From a virus (Duplodnaviria > Caudoviricetes): 64,000 nucleotides of DNA. A program made the position numbers and the translations under genes. The notes below the pieces were generated by a model. That model saw nothing but the letters and a program-made list of their open reading frames with translations. It was not told where the DNA came from and did no database searches. Within the stretch, counting starts at the first letter, position 1. The number at the start of each line of letters is the position of its first letter. The stretch lies in the IMG/VR virus record IMGVR_UViG_3300042402_003952; one strand, given 5' to 3'. Below are positions 44,166 through 58,000 of this stretch, piece after piece.

Positions 44166-46079
44166 ATGGCACTAGTCAACTTCACCAATCTAGATTTCGA
44201 TCAAATTAAGACTTCTCTTAGAGATTATCTAAGATCGAATTCAAATTTTACAGACTATGATTTCGAAGGATCCAATCTTTCAGTCATACTAGATGTTCTT
44301 GCATATAATACATATATTTCCTCATATAACGCTAATATGATTAGCAATGAGGTGTTTATTGATAGCGCGACTCTAAGAGAAAATGTAGTATCTCTTGCAA
44401 GAAGCATTGGATATGTTCCGAGATCCAGAACTGCATCAAAAGCCAATGTTTCTTTCTTTGTAGATACATCTACCACTACTTCCCCACAAAAACCTCTTAC
44501 ACTTACTCTTAAAAAAGGAATTGTTGCGACTTCAACCGGAACATTTAGTGGAATAAGTTACGTTTATTCAATTCCAGATGATATTACCGTTCCAGTCAAC
44601 AATGGTATTGCCGAATTTAATAATATAGACATTTATGAAGGAACATATATTACTGAGACATATACTGTAGATTCATTAACGCCTAATCAAAGATACATTT
44701 TAAATAATGAAAATGTTGATAGTTCTTTAATTAGAGTAGATGTAAGAGATGGTCAACTTGGACCAAGAAAGAAATACATTCAATCTAATAATATTTTATC
44801 AGTAAATTCTGATTCAAAAATATTCTTTATTCAAGAGATTGAAGATCAAAGATATGAGTTATTATTTGGCGATGGAATACTCGGAAGAAAACTTGTTAGT
44901 GGTGAAATAGTAGATATTTCTTACATTATAACAGGTGGAGAAACTGCAAATGGAGTATCTTCATTTACTTTCAATGGAACAATTGTTGATAATTCTTCAT
45001 TTAATATAATTAGCGGGATTTCTTTAATTACTACAAATATTGTTTCTGGTGGAGGTAGAGAAATTGAATCCGTTGATTCAATCAAAAAATATGCAACTAA
45101 AATCTATGCAGCACAAAATCGTGCCGTAACTGCAAGTGATTTTGAGGCGATTATACCTCAGATATATCCAGAGACGGAATCGGTTTCTGCTTTTGGTGGG
45201 GAAGATTTGAGTCCTCCACAATACGGAAAGGTTTTTATTACAATTAAACCAGAAAATGGATTTTTTGTTCCTAATAGTATAAAGGATTCTATCAAAGAAA
45301 AATTAAAGCAATATTCGGTTGCTGGAATTATTCCAGAAATAATGGATCTTAAGTACCTTATACTAGAGATAAACTCTACAATTTACTATAATAATAATCT
45401 AGCACCTTCATCAGAATATATTACAAGTACAGTTTCTAATAATATCAAAAAGTATGCAAATTCATCGGAGTTGAATAAGTATGGAGCAAGGTTTAAGTAT
45501 AGTAAATTCCTAAAGATTATTGATGATGGTCATGAATCAATCACGTCCAATATTACAACTGTTCAAATGAGACGCGATTTAAAACCAGAGTTAAATAGAT
45601 TAGCGACATATGAAATATGTTTTGGAAATGAATTTCACATAAAAGATCTCAGAGGATTTAATATTAAATCTTCTGGTTTTAAGATTCCTGGTGTACAAGA
45701 TACAGTTTACTTAAGTGATATTCCAAATGAAGGTAAACTTACTGGCACTATTTTTATTTTCAAATTAGATTCAATTCAGGGGTCCAAAACAATTAAAGCA
45801 AATGCAGGAACAATAGATTATGTAAAGGGCGAAATAAACTTAAGTGCAATCACAATTGAATCTACGAGTAAAGATAGTGGCGGAGAACCAATTATTGAAA
45901 TCTCTGCAATACCAGAATCAAATGATGTAATCGGACTACAAGATCTTTATTTGAATTTAAGCATTGATAATGTAACGTTAAATACTTTATCAGACAAAAT
46001 ATCTTCTGGAGAAGATCCTTCAGGGTCTACCTACACAAAAACAGCAAGCTATAGCAACGGAACAATCGTAAGAGAATAA
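44166..46079 (+). CDS. gp6: baseplate wedge subunit gp6
   Basis: LDFDQIK..L...FTDYDFEGS.L..ILDVLAYN; AQNRAVTA.DF. Confidence 0.95.
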   Translation: MALVNFTNLDFDQIKTSLRDYLRSNSNFTDYDFEGSNLSVILDVLAYNTYISSYNANMISNEVFIDSATLRENVVSLARSIGYVPRSRTASKANVSFFVDTSTTTSPQKPLTLTLKKGIVATSTGTFSGISYVYSIPDDITVPVNNGIAEFNNIDIYEGTYITETYTVDSLTPNQRYILNNENVDSSLIRVDVRDGQLGPRKKYIQSNNILSVNSDSKIFFIQEIEDQRYELLFGDGILGRKLVSGEIVDISYIITGGETANGVSSFTFNGTIVDNSSFNIISGISLITTNIVSGGGREIESVDSIKKYATKIYAAQNRAVTASDFEAIIPQIYPETESVSAFGGEDLSPPQYGKVFITIKPENGFFVPNSIKDSIKEKLKQYSVAGIIPEIMDLKYLILEINSTIYYNNNLAPSSEYITSTVSNNIKKYANSSELNKYGARFKYSKFLKIIDDGHESITSNITTVQMRRDLKPELNRLATYEICFGNEFHIKDLRGFNIKSSGFKIPGVQDTVYLSDIPNEGKLTGTIFIFKLDSIQGSKTIKANAGTIDYVKGEINLSAITIESTSKDSGGEPIIEISAIPESNDVIGLQDLYLNLSIDNVTLNTLSDKISSGEDPSGSTYTKTASYSNGTIVRE

Positions 46080-46080
46080 G

Positions 46081-49000
46081 ATGGCAGATACAAGAATTAA
46101 AATTGGTTCAATCGTACAAAATCAACTTCCCGATTTTGTACTAGAAGAATATCCTCTTGTTAGTGAATTCCTTAAGGAGTATTACAACTCTGTAGAAGGT
46201 CAAGGATCAACACTTGATATTCTTCAAAATATTGATCAATATTTAAAAGTTGATGAACTTTATAAATCAACATTTGCCAGAACAATTACTGTAAAACCAC
46301 AATCTCCACAAACTTTCTTTCAAATTAGTGGTGGTTATTCGGTAAATGATCTTATTGTCTTAAAAAATGGCACTAAATTACTGAAAGATACTGACTATTT
46401 TGCTACAGATGGATCTTCAGTAATACTAGTTACTCCTGCTGTTCCCGGTGATGTTTTAGAGTTTGTTGTAGAATCTCCATCTTCAACTATTTTGACAAGT
46501 GATGTTGAATTTGTAGACACTACAATTAACGTCGCATCTACATATGGATTTCCCGATACCAATGGAATTATCCAAATTGATTCGGAAATCATACTTTATT
46601 CATCAAAAACTTCTACTTCCTTCAAAGATTGTACTAGAGGGTTTAGCGGTATAACTTCTTATAGAGCAAGTAATCAACCAGATCAACTCGTATTTTCAAC
46701 ATCTGAAATTGCAGAACATACCTCAAAAACAACTGTTGCAAACTTAAGTTCTTTATTCTTAAAAGAATTTTTAACAAAAATAAAATCACAATTAGTTCCT
46801 GGATTTGAAAATAGAACGCTTGCAGAAGGTCTGGATGAAAGAAATTTTATTAAAAATGCAAAGAGTTTTTATTCATCAAAAGGAACTGATGATTCCTACA
46901 AATTACTTTTCAAGGCATTATTTGGACAGGAAGTAAGTGTAATTAAGCCAAGAGATTATTTACTCAAACCATCTGATGCTCAATATAGAGTTGTTAGAGA
47001 TTTGGTTGTTGAGTCTATTTCTGGAGATCCAATGGATCTTGAGAATAGGACTTTATATCAAGACCAAGTTGGAGGCTATAATAAGGCTTATGGATCTGTT
47101 ACTAAAGTTGAGAAAATTCAAAGATCCGGAAGAACCTTTTATGTCTTAAGTCTTGACTATGATTATAATAAAGATCTTACTGTTAGTGGATCTATTTACG
47201 GAAACTTTTCAATACATCCGTCTACGAAAGTAATTGCAGGAGTATCTACTAGTAGCACTGTTATTGATGCTGATTCTACTATTGGATTTCCCTCAAATGG
47301 ACAATTAGATTTTAATGTAAATGGAATTGATTATACTATTTCATATTTCAACAAAAATACTACTCAATTTTACATTACATCATCACCTTCTATTTCTATT
47401 CCAACAGGAACTGATCTAAAATTAAATCAGTATGCTTATGCTAATGTTGGTGTTTCAACTGTAAAGGTTAGAATAACTGGTGTTCTATCTGAAGTCGATT
47501 ATGACTCAAGAAACACATTAATGAAAAAAGGCGACTCACTGAGTGCGGTTTCTTTAGGATACAATCCAAAAGGTATATTAGCAAATAATTGGATTTTTAA
47601 TCTTGCTACAAAGTATAACGTCAAAACTATTAGTGGACCTAATTCTTCTAATCTAATAACAAATGTTTTTACTTACGAAGTAAGTACTTACGATCCACAT
47701 TCATTTTCACTTGGCGATAATTTAAGATTAATAAATCCAAATGGCGATAAAGATAATTATAAAGTTGTAAGTGTTAATAATGAATATTCGATTGTAGTAG
47801 AAGGAGTAAAGATTAATAATCTTACCCTGAAGTATGTAATTGAGAGGATTTTGAAAAAACCAAAATTCACCAATTACACAGATGTCAATTCATACTCTGC
47901 TAATATTCAAAATGTCTATTTAAACAATGAAGACGAAATATATGTCACATCCAATTCATTGCCAAATTATTTGGACGAAGATGTAAATACAAAGAATACT
48001 AATGTTATTTTCTCTGGAATTTTTAATGGAGAAACTTTAGATTTAAGTTCTGGAAATCCAACCAATTTACATGGATTTATCACTGGTGATGCTATTGTTT
48101 ACAGTAGAAATGCTTTTAATCCAGATGAATACTTGAATATTTCTGAAAAAACTTATTTTGTAAAAAGAGTAGATAATACTACAATAAAAATTGCAAGCAG
48201 TAAAACGGATTTATATAAAAATAAATTTGTAACTGTATCTGGAACTGCAAAAAATAATATTTTTAAAAGATTAAAATTTAATATATCACCACTATCGCAG
48301 CAAGGTTATATAAAAAAAATATCAAAACCTGTTTCTGCAGATGTAGTATCAGAGACTCCAACAGGTCCAGTTGGAATATTTGTGAATGGTGTAGAAGCTT
48401 ATAGTTATAAATCTACAGATAAAGTTTTTTATGGTGGAATTCAATCCATAAACGTCATTGGTGGCGGAGAAAATTATGATGTAATTAACACACCTACTGT
48501 ATTGGTAGAAGATAGTGTTGGTTATGGTGCATCTGCTTTTGCTCACGTTGTTGGAAAATTAGAAAAAATAGATGTAATAGATGGTGGATTTGATTATCTT
48601 GAAGATCCAATTATAACCATAACAGGTGGAAATGGATATGGAGCATATGCTAAACCTAATATGACTTCATTTAGGCATAGTGTATCATTCAATTCAATTC
48701 AAAGTTCTGGATTTGTTAATCTAACTACTAATACAATTGGTTTTTCATCTTATCATAAATTTAGAGATTATGAAAGAGTTACATATCTAACTGAGGGACA
48801 AACTGGAGTTGGCGGATTATCAACAAATGCACAGTATCATGTTTCTGTTCAAGATGCATATAATGTTAGGTTGCATAAAACTTTAGATGATGCTGTTTCT
48901 GGTATAAACACAGTAGATTTAACTTCTTATGGTGTTGGAATTCATCTAATAGAATCCACACTATCAAAGAGAAAAATATCAAATGTTAGTGTATTGAATT

Positions 49001-52000
49001 TAGGTTCTGGATATACTAATAAAAAAATTTCTTGCGCCATCTCCGGAATTCACACTTCATCAAATACTATTAAAATAATTGATCATGGTTATAAAACTGG
49101 AGAAATTGTTGTATATAATTCGACAGGTTCTGCAGTTGGCGGATTATCAAATAATCAATCATATTATATTACCGCAGTAAATAAAGATGAATTCAAATTA
49201 TCTCAAGTTGGAATTGCTACTACAAATAAAGATTTTTATTTTAAAACCAAACAGTTTATAAATCTGACTTCGGTAGGATCTTCATACCATACATTTAACT
49301 ACCCCAACATAGTTGTAAGTGTATCTGGAAAAATTGGTGTATCTACACTAACTGGACAAGATTTTAGTGCTAAACTACAACCAAGTTTTAAAGGAGAAAT
49401 TAGCAACATCTTTATTAAAGATTCTGGTGTTGGATATGGGTCTTCTGAAATCATTAATTACGAAAGACAACCAAAAATTACTTTGGGTATTGGATCAGGA
49501 GCTCAACTTTCACCCGTACTTAATGGAGGAAGAATAACAGAAGTTATAGTTCTCAATAGTGGTAATAATTATACTTCCGCACCAAAAATTGAAGTTTTGG
49601 GAATAGGAACCGGTGCAGTTTTAACTCCTATTGTAAATTCTGGTAAAATTGTTGAAGTAAAGGTTGTTAATGGCGGAGTCGGATTTAATACTACGGGAAC
49701 TTTCTTAAATATAGTTCCTTCTGGAAATGGATTCTCACACGAAGTAAAAATAAAATCTTGGACTATTAACACTGTAGAAAGATATTTAAATGATGAACAA
49801 ATTGTGGATGATGATGGTGTAGTTGAGGTCTCTTCATATACTGTAAGTGGTTCACAATATTGTCATTTATATGCACCAAGAAAGTTAAGAAGAAGTGTAT
49901 TTGGTATTGATTATGTAAATGGGAACAAAGTTTATGTACCAGATTTAAAATTAGTAAACAATAGAGAGGTAGTTTCTACCACACACTCACCTATAATTGG
50001 ATGGGCATACGATGGAAATCCAATTTACGGACCATATGGTTATAGCGAAAAAACAGGAGGATCTGTAAGAGAACTTACATCTGGATATATTTCATTGCCT
50101 TCTAGTGATAGACCAGATCCAATTTCTACTACAGGACAAAGAATATATCCAGAAGGATTTTTTGTTGAAGATTATCAATATAATGCAAGTGGAGATTTAG
50201 ATGAGCATAATGGAAGATTTTGTGTAACACCAGAGTATCCAAACGGAACTTATGCATATTTTACTACAATTAATAATGGATTAACAGAAACTGCCGGTGT
50301 CTTCAGGAATTACAAAAAACCAGTTTTCCCTTACATAGTTGGTAATACTTTTAAATCTACTCCAATTGATGTAAATTATGATAGAAACATAAACCAAAAT
50401 AATTTTAATTATACAGAATCTGGAATTTGGAGGAACACTAAACCATACAATCTAAAAAGCAATAACTCTGGATATGATTTCGTATTTGATCCATTAAAAG
50501 TTAGAAAACCAGTAGTTACTGTAAGATCAACTTCTGTTGGACAACTATCTAATGTTGGAGTTGTTACTGGAGGTTCTGGATATAAAGTAGGAGATACTAT
50601 CAATTTTAATAATACTAATTCTGGCGGGTTCAATGCTTACGGTCAAGTATCGTTTGTAAAAGGAAAAGAAATAAAATCAATTAGTTTTGCTTCTACCTAC
50701 ACTCAAGGAGTTGAATTTTATCCATATAATAATGGAAATAAACTTGTAGGATTTTCTTCATTACCACATAGTTTTATAAGCAATGATATTGTTTCAATAT
50801 CTGGTTTAAGCACTTCTGTTAAGATTTTTAATTCGTTTTTTGTAGTTGGAGTTAATACTCACACTTTAGTTCTATCAAAAGCAGTAGGAAATTCTACATC
50901 TACCGGAATTGTCACTTATTTTGATATAAATGGATCTTTAGACTTCTCATATATTAGAGAAAATGACGTTTATAAAGTTGAAAATGAAAAGGTTAAAGTT
51001 CTTTCTGTAGATGAACTTTCCTCTAGAATTAAGGTTTTAAGAGGATATGATTCAACTGTAGGAGTTTCTCATACAGCATCTACGGTTTTATATGAACAAA
51101 CAAGAAAATTTACCATAGGATTTAGAAATAATAACAGCAATTTTAACTTTAATTTTAATAGAGAACTATATTTTAATCCAACAGAGTCACTCAGTCTTGG
51201 TACGACTTCTGGAGTGGGAATCGGATCAACTTTATATTTTTCAAATCCAGGTGCTGGAATCACTAATATTTTTGTTCCGACTAAAACAATATATCTACAA
51301 TCACATTCATTAAACACTGGAGATGAGTTAATTTACTCTAGTAATGGAGGATCTCCATTCTTTGTTTCTGATGATGGCGCTTCAAGTTTCCAATTACTTG
51401 ATAATCAAGTAATTTATGTTGCAAAAGTATCTGATGATTTAATCGGTATTTCTACAAATAAAGTTGGATTGGGATCAACAGGATCATTTGTAGGAATAAA
51501 CAGCAGTATCTTAACATCAACAGTTTATTTTACAAATGTAGGATCTGGTGTTAATCACAGTTTTAAGACAAATTACTCCAATGTTCTAACTGGAGAAGTT
51601 TTAAGAAACACAGTTACTGTTGCCGCGGCTTCAACTCATGGATTAGAAAGAGGAGATAGTATTTTTATTGATTCTCTTCCAGGAATTACCACCAATGTAG
51701 TAATTAAATATAATGATGAAAACAAAAGACTTCTTGTTAACCCAAGATCTTTCACTGCATCTGCAGTAAATTTATCAGACAATAAGATATACATTGAAAA
51801 TCATGAGTATACTACAGGACAAAAAGTAGTTTATAATGCGACAACTTCAATTGGAGGTTTGGAAAATGATAAAATTTATTATATTGTGAGATATAATAAA
51901 GATTACATTAGATTATCTTCAAGTTATTACAATGCGACTAAAGAAGTTCCAGAAATTATAGACTTTACGAGTACTTCTGAAGGATCTATTTCATTAGTCA

Positions 52001-55000
52001 ATCCTAGTATTCCTATTATTCCCAATCAAACAATAAATTTTGATCTATCAGATAGATCACTTTCCTTTACAAAGAATGCTAATTTATATTCAGCATTTGA
52101 TTTTGTAATCTATTCTAATTCTAATTTTACTAAGGTTTTTGATAAAATTGAAGGATCTTCTAATTTTAGTGTAATAAAAACAGGAAAAATTGGTATTGAT
52201 TCTACTTCTTCTGTCAAATTAACTACTTCTGGCGTAGAGACAGATTTGTACTATCGTTTGGTTCCTGTTGATTTGTTCAACAACTCAACGGTTAAAAAGG
52301 AAATTATAATAGACGATGAGAATGTAGATTCTAATAACACATTAAAACTAACAAGAAGTTCATACTCTGGTTTTCATAATGTAGTTGGAGTTGGACAAAC
52401 GACTTTCACATTCAATATAATTGATTATCCAGAAAAAACATCCTACACAAGTTCTGATGGACTTTTTGAATATTTTACAGACTCTAAAACAGCAATTGGT
52501 GCAATTAGTGAAATTGATTTATTGTCCGGCGGTAAAAATTATCAGTCTTTACCCGGAATAACTTCAGTATTTTCAGAGATTGGAAGAGATGCAATTTTAA
52601 ATCCAAACACTAGTTCAATTGGAAACATTAATCGAATTGACATTGATGATATTGGATTTGATTATCCATCAGATATTACTCTGAGTCCATCTTCCAAACT
52701 ACCTCAAGTATTAAAAGTTAAACCACTTTCCACTTTTGATAACATCGGCGTTTCTTCTGTTGGAATTAACTACACATTATCTCCAAATTTAGTAGTTATT
52801 GATTCAGTTACAAATAAAGTCGTTACTGATGTTGATTTGAAATTTAATATAAAAACAAAAGAAGTTGATATTATAAAAAATACTGATGGAATTAATAATG
52901 CAACACCACGTATTGTGCCTATTAATAACTCAAATGGAGTATCCATTGACAATGTAACATTTAACAATTCCACAAAAGATGTAACTATAGAACTTGGTGT
53001 AAACTATAGTTTTGGTCAGACTTTTCCATTTAATGTTGGCGATAGAGTTCTGGTTGAAAATGTAAGTGTTGGCATAGCAACAACTGCAAAGGGATATAAC
53101 TCAAAGAATTATGATTATGCATTATTTACATTAACTTCAGTAAGTCCGCAATATGGAGGATCTGGAGCTTCTATTACATATAATCTTTCAAATTACTTAT
53201 CTGGATCAGAAATTCCCGGAACATTTAATGCAGAAAATTCTGCAGGCATCGTTGTTCCTGAAAAATACTTTCCAGTTTTTAATCCTGTATTGAAACCAGG
53301 TGCATTTATAGTAGGTGAAAAGGTTACTAGCGAATCTTATTCTGGAACTGTATTAGAGTGGAATTCTGACACAGAACAGATTAAAGTTTCTTCTTCAGAT
53401 TCATTTGATCAAGGTAAATTTATTAGAGGAGAAACTTCAAACGCCAAAGGAACTATTGGAGATGTGCAAGATTTTAATGCTGTCTATTTAATAGGCCCAT
53501 CTGCAGTAGTGAACAAGGGGTGGAATAAAGAAACTGGATTCTTAAATAATGCACTACAAGTAACTTCAGATAATAATTATTATCAGTATTTTTCATATTC
53601 TATTAAATCGAAAGTTGATTATGAAACTTGGAATGAATCTATTGGTAATTTAAACCACACAGTTGGTTTCAAAAAATTTGGTGACTTGGAAATTGAGTCT
53701 ATTGATGCATCTTTTACGGGAATATCTACTGCACAAAACGAAGGAAGTTTTATTGGCATATCAGATTTAATTCAAGAAATAGATCTAAATTGTGTTAATG
53801 ATTTTGATCTTGCTAGAGAAAAAACTATAAAAATTTCTGATAATTATATTTCAAATGAAATTATTCTCAATACAGTCTCTCTCCAAGATGAATTCCAATC
53901 ACTTGGAAATAGAGTTTTAATGATTGATGATTTCAGTGATCAGTTTTCAAATGTTCCTGCAGAAAATAACTATGCAAATGCTGATACCTTTAGACTATCT
54001 GATATAAGATCCAAAAAATATGTAACTTATGTAAGAGACAAAAGATTTACTGGTCTGAGGCAGGTCTATCTAGTTTCATTATTACATGATGGACTAGAAG
54101 GTTATTTGAGTCAATATGCAAGAGTTGAAACTAATAGAGATTTAGGATCTTTTGATTTTTCTATTTTTGGATCTGAAGGAACTTTAAGATTTTATCCATT
54201 GAACTTCTTAGTTAATGATTATGATATTAGTGTGATGTCTTATGGAATTACTGATATTATTTCTGGAATTGGAAGTACATCTCTTGGAAATATTGTTGAA
54301 TTAAAATCATCCACTGCGACTATACCATCAGGAACTTCTTCACAAACAACTATTGTTGGTATCGGATCAACATATAGAGCATCTAAAGTATTAGTAGAAC
54401 TTTCGTCCACAAATGGAGAATATTATGAATTTAACGAGTTGACTCTTATTCACGATGGAAATAATGTAAGTATTCTTGAATATGGACAACTTTCAAACGA
54501 AAGTAGAGTTAGATATGTTGGAGATGGAATAGGTTCTTACACCGCTTATATTTCTGGATCCAATATAAACTTAGATTTTACTCCAAATGTTGGATTAGGA
54601 ACAACATATATTGCCAATACAGTTAGAGTTTCTGTAGCAAGCACTATAGGAACTAATACGGGATCATTGACATTTAATACCGGTCAAGTCCAGTCCAGTT
54701 ATGTTTCAATATCATCGTCTCCCACACCAACACAAAATAAAATTTCAACTTATAGTTTAGATCATTCTGGAGCATATTATTTTGTAGTAGTTGAGGACAA
54801 AACAAATAATACATATCAAGCATCAGAGATTACAGTTGTTGATGATGATACTGATGCATATCTTGCTGAGTTTGGTATAGTTGAGTCTTCCTCTGGACTA
54901 GGTACAATGGGAGTTGGTGTTGGTGCTACAGGAACCAGTTTGTATTTTACACCAAATCCAAATATAAATGTTGATGTTAGAGTTTATCAGCACGCTATGC

Positions 55001-58000
55001 GCGTTGTTGATGTAGATAATTCTTTTGAATTCTATAGTTTGGAAAATGCAAGAATTGATTCCAAGTTTACAGGTTATCAAGGGACTTACAATTCGATTAA
55101 AAAATCATTCAACCTATATCATCAACAAAATCCTATTTTCCAAAGAGTATTTAATGCTTCAGATTCTACAATTGTAGATATTACAAAAGATACAATAAGA
55201 ATTCCTAAGCATTATTTTGTTACTGGAGAAGAATTGGCATATAGTGAAGGTGATGGATCTCCAATTGGGATTGCAACCACAACTATCACTGGAATAGGAA
55301 CAACTGATAAACTACCATCAAGTGTTTTTGTTGTTAAAGTAAATGATCTTAATATTAAATTAGCATCTTCTGCTCAAAATGCACTAAAAACAGTTCCAGA
55401 AGTGTTTAGTTTGACTTCTGTTGGTATTGGCACTACTCATAAATTAACTTCATTAAAGCAGAATGCAAAGTCTTTAATTTCTATTGATAATTTGATTCAA
55501 ACGCCAATTGTATCAACATCAACTACTACATTTCTATCGAGGTCATCTTCATTAAATGAGAATACTATTACTCTTTCTGGAATAACTTCGATATTTGGAG
55601 GAGATTTGCTTAAGGTTGATAATGAAATTATAAAGGTCAATACAGTTGGATTTGGAAGTACTAATGTTCTTCTAGTTGATAGAGGTTGGATGGGAACTGA
55701 TCCAGCAAACCATTTAAATGGATCTCTAATAACAAAAATTACTGGAAACTATAATATCATTGATAACACTATACATTTCGTAGAAGCACCTTATGGAAAC
55801 TCTCCAATAGGAACAATCACAAATAAACCAGATTCTAGAGACTATACTGGAATTACGACAAGATCCACATTTAGTGGAAGAGTTTTTTTAAGATCTGGTC
55901 TTGAAAATGGAACTCTTGATTCATATGACAAAAATTATATTTTTGATGGATTATCTGAACAATTTACTGGAATTCAAACACAATTTAAATTAACTTCAAA
56001 TAAATCTGATGTAAGTGGAATTTCTACAGGATCTATAATTCTTCTTATTAATAATATATTCCAAGAACCACAAAGACTTGGAACTATTAGCATTCAAGGT
56101 GATTATAAGATGTCCGATGGCGCCGGAATAACAACATTAGCATTCACCGGAAGTATTTCATCTACATCATATGATGTTAATACTGCAAGTATACCTAGAG
56201 GTGGAGTGATTGTTTCCGTTGCTTCTTCTCAAGGATTTGGATATCAACCGCTAGTATCTGCAGGAGGAACATCAATAGTTTCAGTTGGAGGAACAATTTC
56301 TTCAATTAGTGTTGGAAATATTGGATCTGGATATAGGGGTCAATCAAAGTATGAAATAATTACTCAAACCTCCACTTCAATTAGTGCTGGATCTACCATT
56401 ATTCCTATCAATAATTCAAATGGTGTTATTCAAAAATTGAGTTTATCTTCATCTAATACTATTAATATAGGATCTACATTCATAGACGTTCCCATAGTTG
56501 GTGTAGGAATATCACATGTATTGATAGGTAGTGGAAATACATCATCACAGGGAATCACTGCAGATTCCACAGTATTGATAAGTCTGAATTCACCAACTAT
56601 TGGGTTTGTGGATGTTGGAGTAAAAACTGCAAGCATTGGAAATGTTAATTATGAATTTATTGGATTTGCAACCATTTCTTCTGGACATGTTTCCAATAAT
56701 GTTACTATCACTAATCCAGGTTCAGGATATACTTCATCCAATCCTCCTGTAGTAGTATTTGATTCTCCATTAAGTTATTCAAATATTCCTCTAATATATG
56801 CTCCTGGATACTCGGGTATAGGAACTGCAGCAACTGTAAACATTGTTGTTGGTCAGGCATCTAGTATTACTGATTTTGAAATTAAAAATCTTGGATATGC
56901 TTATAAGGTCTCGGAGGTATTAACTGTACCTACTGGAGGATTGACTGGAATACCAACTGATCCTTCTAAACCATTTAGAAATTTTGAATTATCAATTGAT
57001 CAAGTATTTTCCGATGCGTTTTCTGCCTGGTCAGTAGGAGACCTTCAAGTAATTGATAAAATAGAAAACTTATTTAATGGAACAAGAAGAACATTCCCAA
57101 TAAAGATAAATGGAACACAAACTTCAATTAGAGCAAGAGTTGGATCAAATATTGATGTTCAAGCGACTTTATTGGTCTTTATCAATGATGTACTACAAGT
57201 TCCAGGATCTGGATATATCTTCAAAGGTGGTAGTATTATAACATTTACAGAAGCTCCAAAAGAAGGAGATAGTTGTAAGATTATATTCTATAAAGGAACC
57301 GAGTCTGTAGATGTTCTTTTTGCTGATATTTTAGAAACTATAAAAATTGGAGATGATGTAAGACTGAATAGTGATAACGTTCTACTTAAAGAAGATGACA
57401 GACTTGTTACCGAAATAGTTGCTTCTGATACCATTCAAACAAATTCATATCCGGGACCAGGATTAACTCTTGATGAAGATCTATCTAGACCACTTATTTG
57501 GTGTAGACAAACTGAGGATAAGATTATTAATGGAAAGGAAATTGGAAAGGATAGAGAGTTATATGAGCCACTCATCCAACCACTATCAAATATTATTAGT
57601 AACGTTGGTATTGGTTCAACTGAGATATTTGTACAAAGCGTAAAGATATTCTTTGATGATTCTAGAGAAAACGCAACAATACCATTCAAGACGAAGATTT
57701 TAGTAACTTCTCAGGACACTATTGTAGGTGCTTCAGCAACTGCAATAGTATCTGCCGCAGGAACAGTTTCCTCTATTTCTTTATCTAATAGTGGATCTGG
57801 ATTTACAACTACACCTTCAGTTACTATCTCAAATCCAATTGGATTTGGAACTTCTGTAGGAATAGGAAGTACTGCTTTAGCGATTTCTTCTATCACTTCT
57901 GGTATTGTTACTTCATTTACAATTACAAATCCTGGATTCGGATATACTTCATCCAAACCACCTCAAGTTTTAATTGAGTATCCAGCACTTAATTATGAGA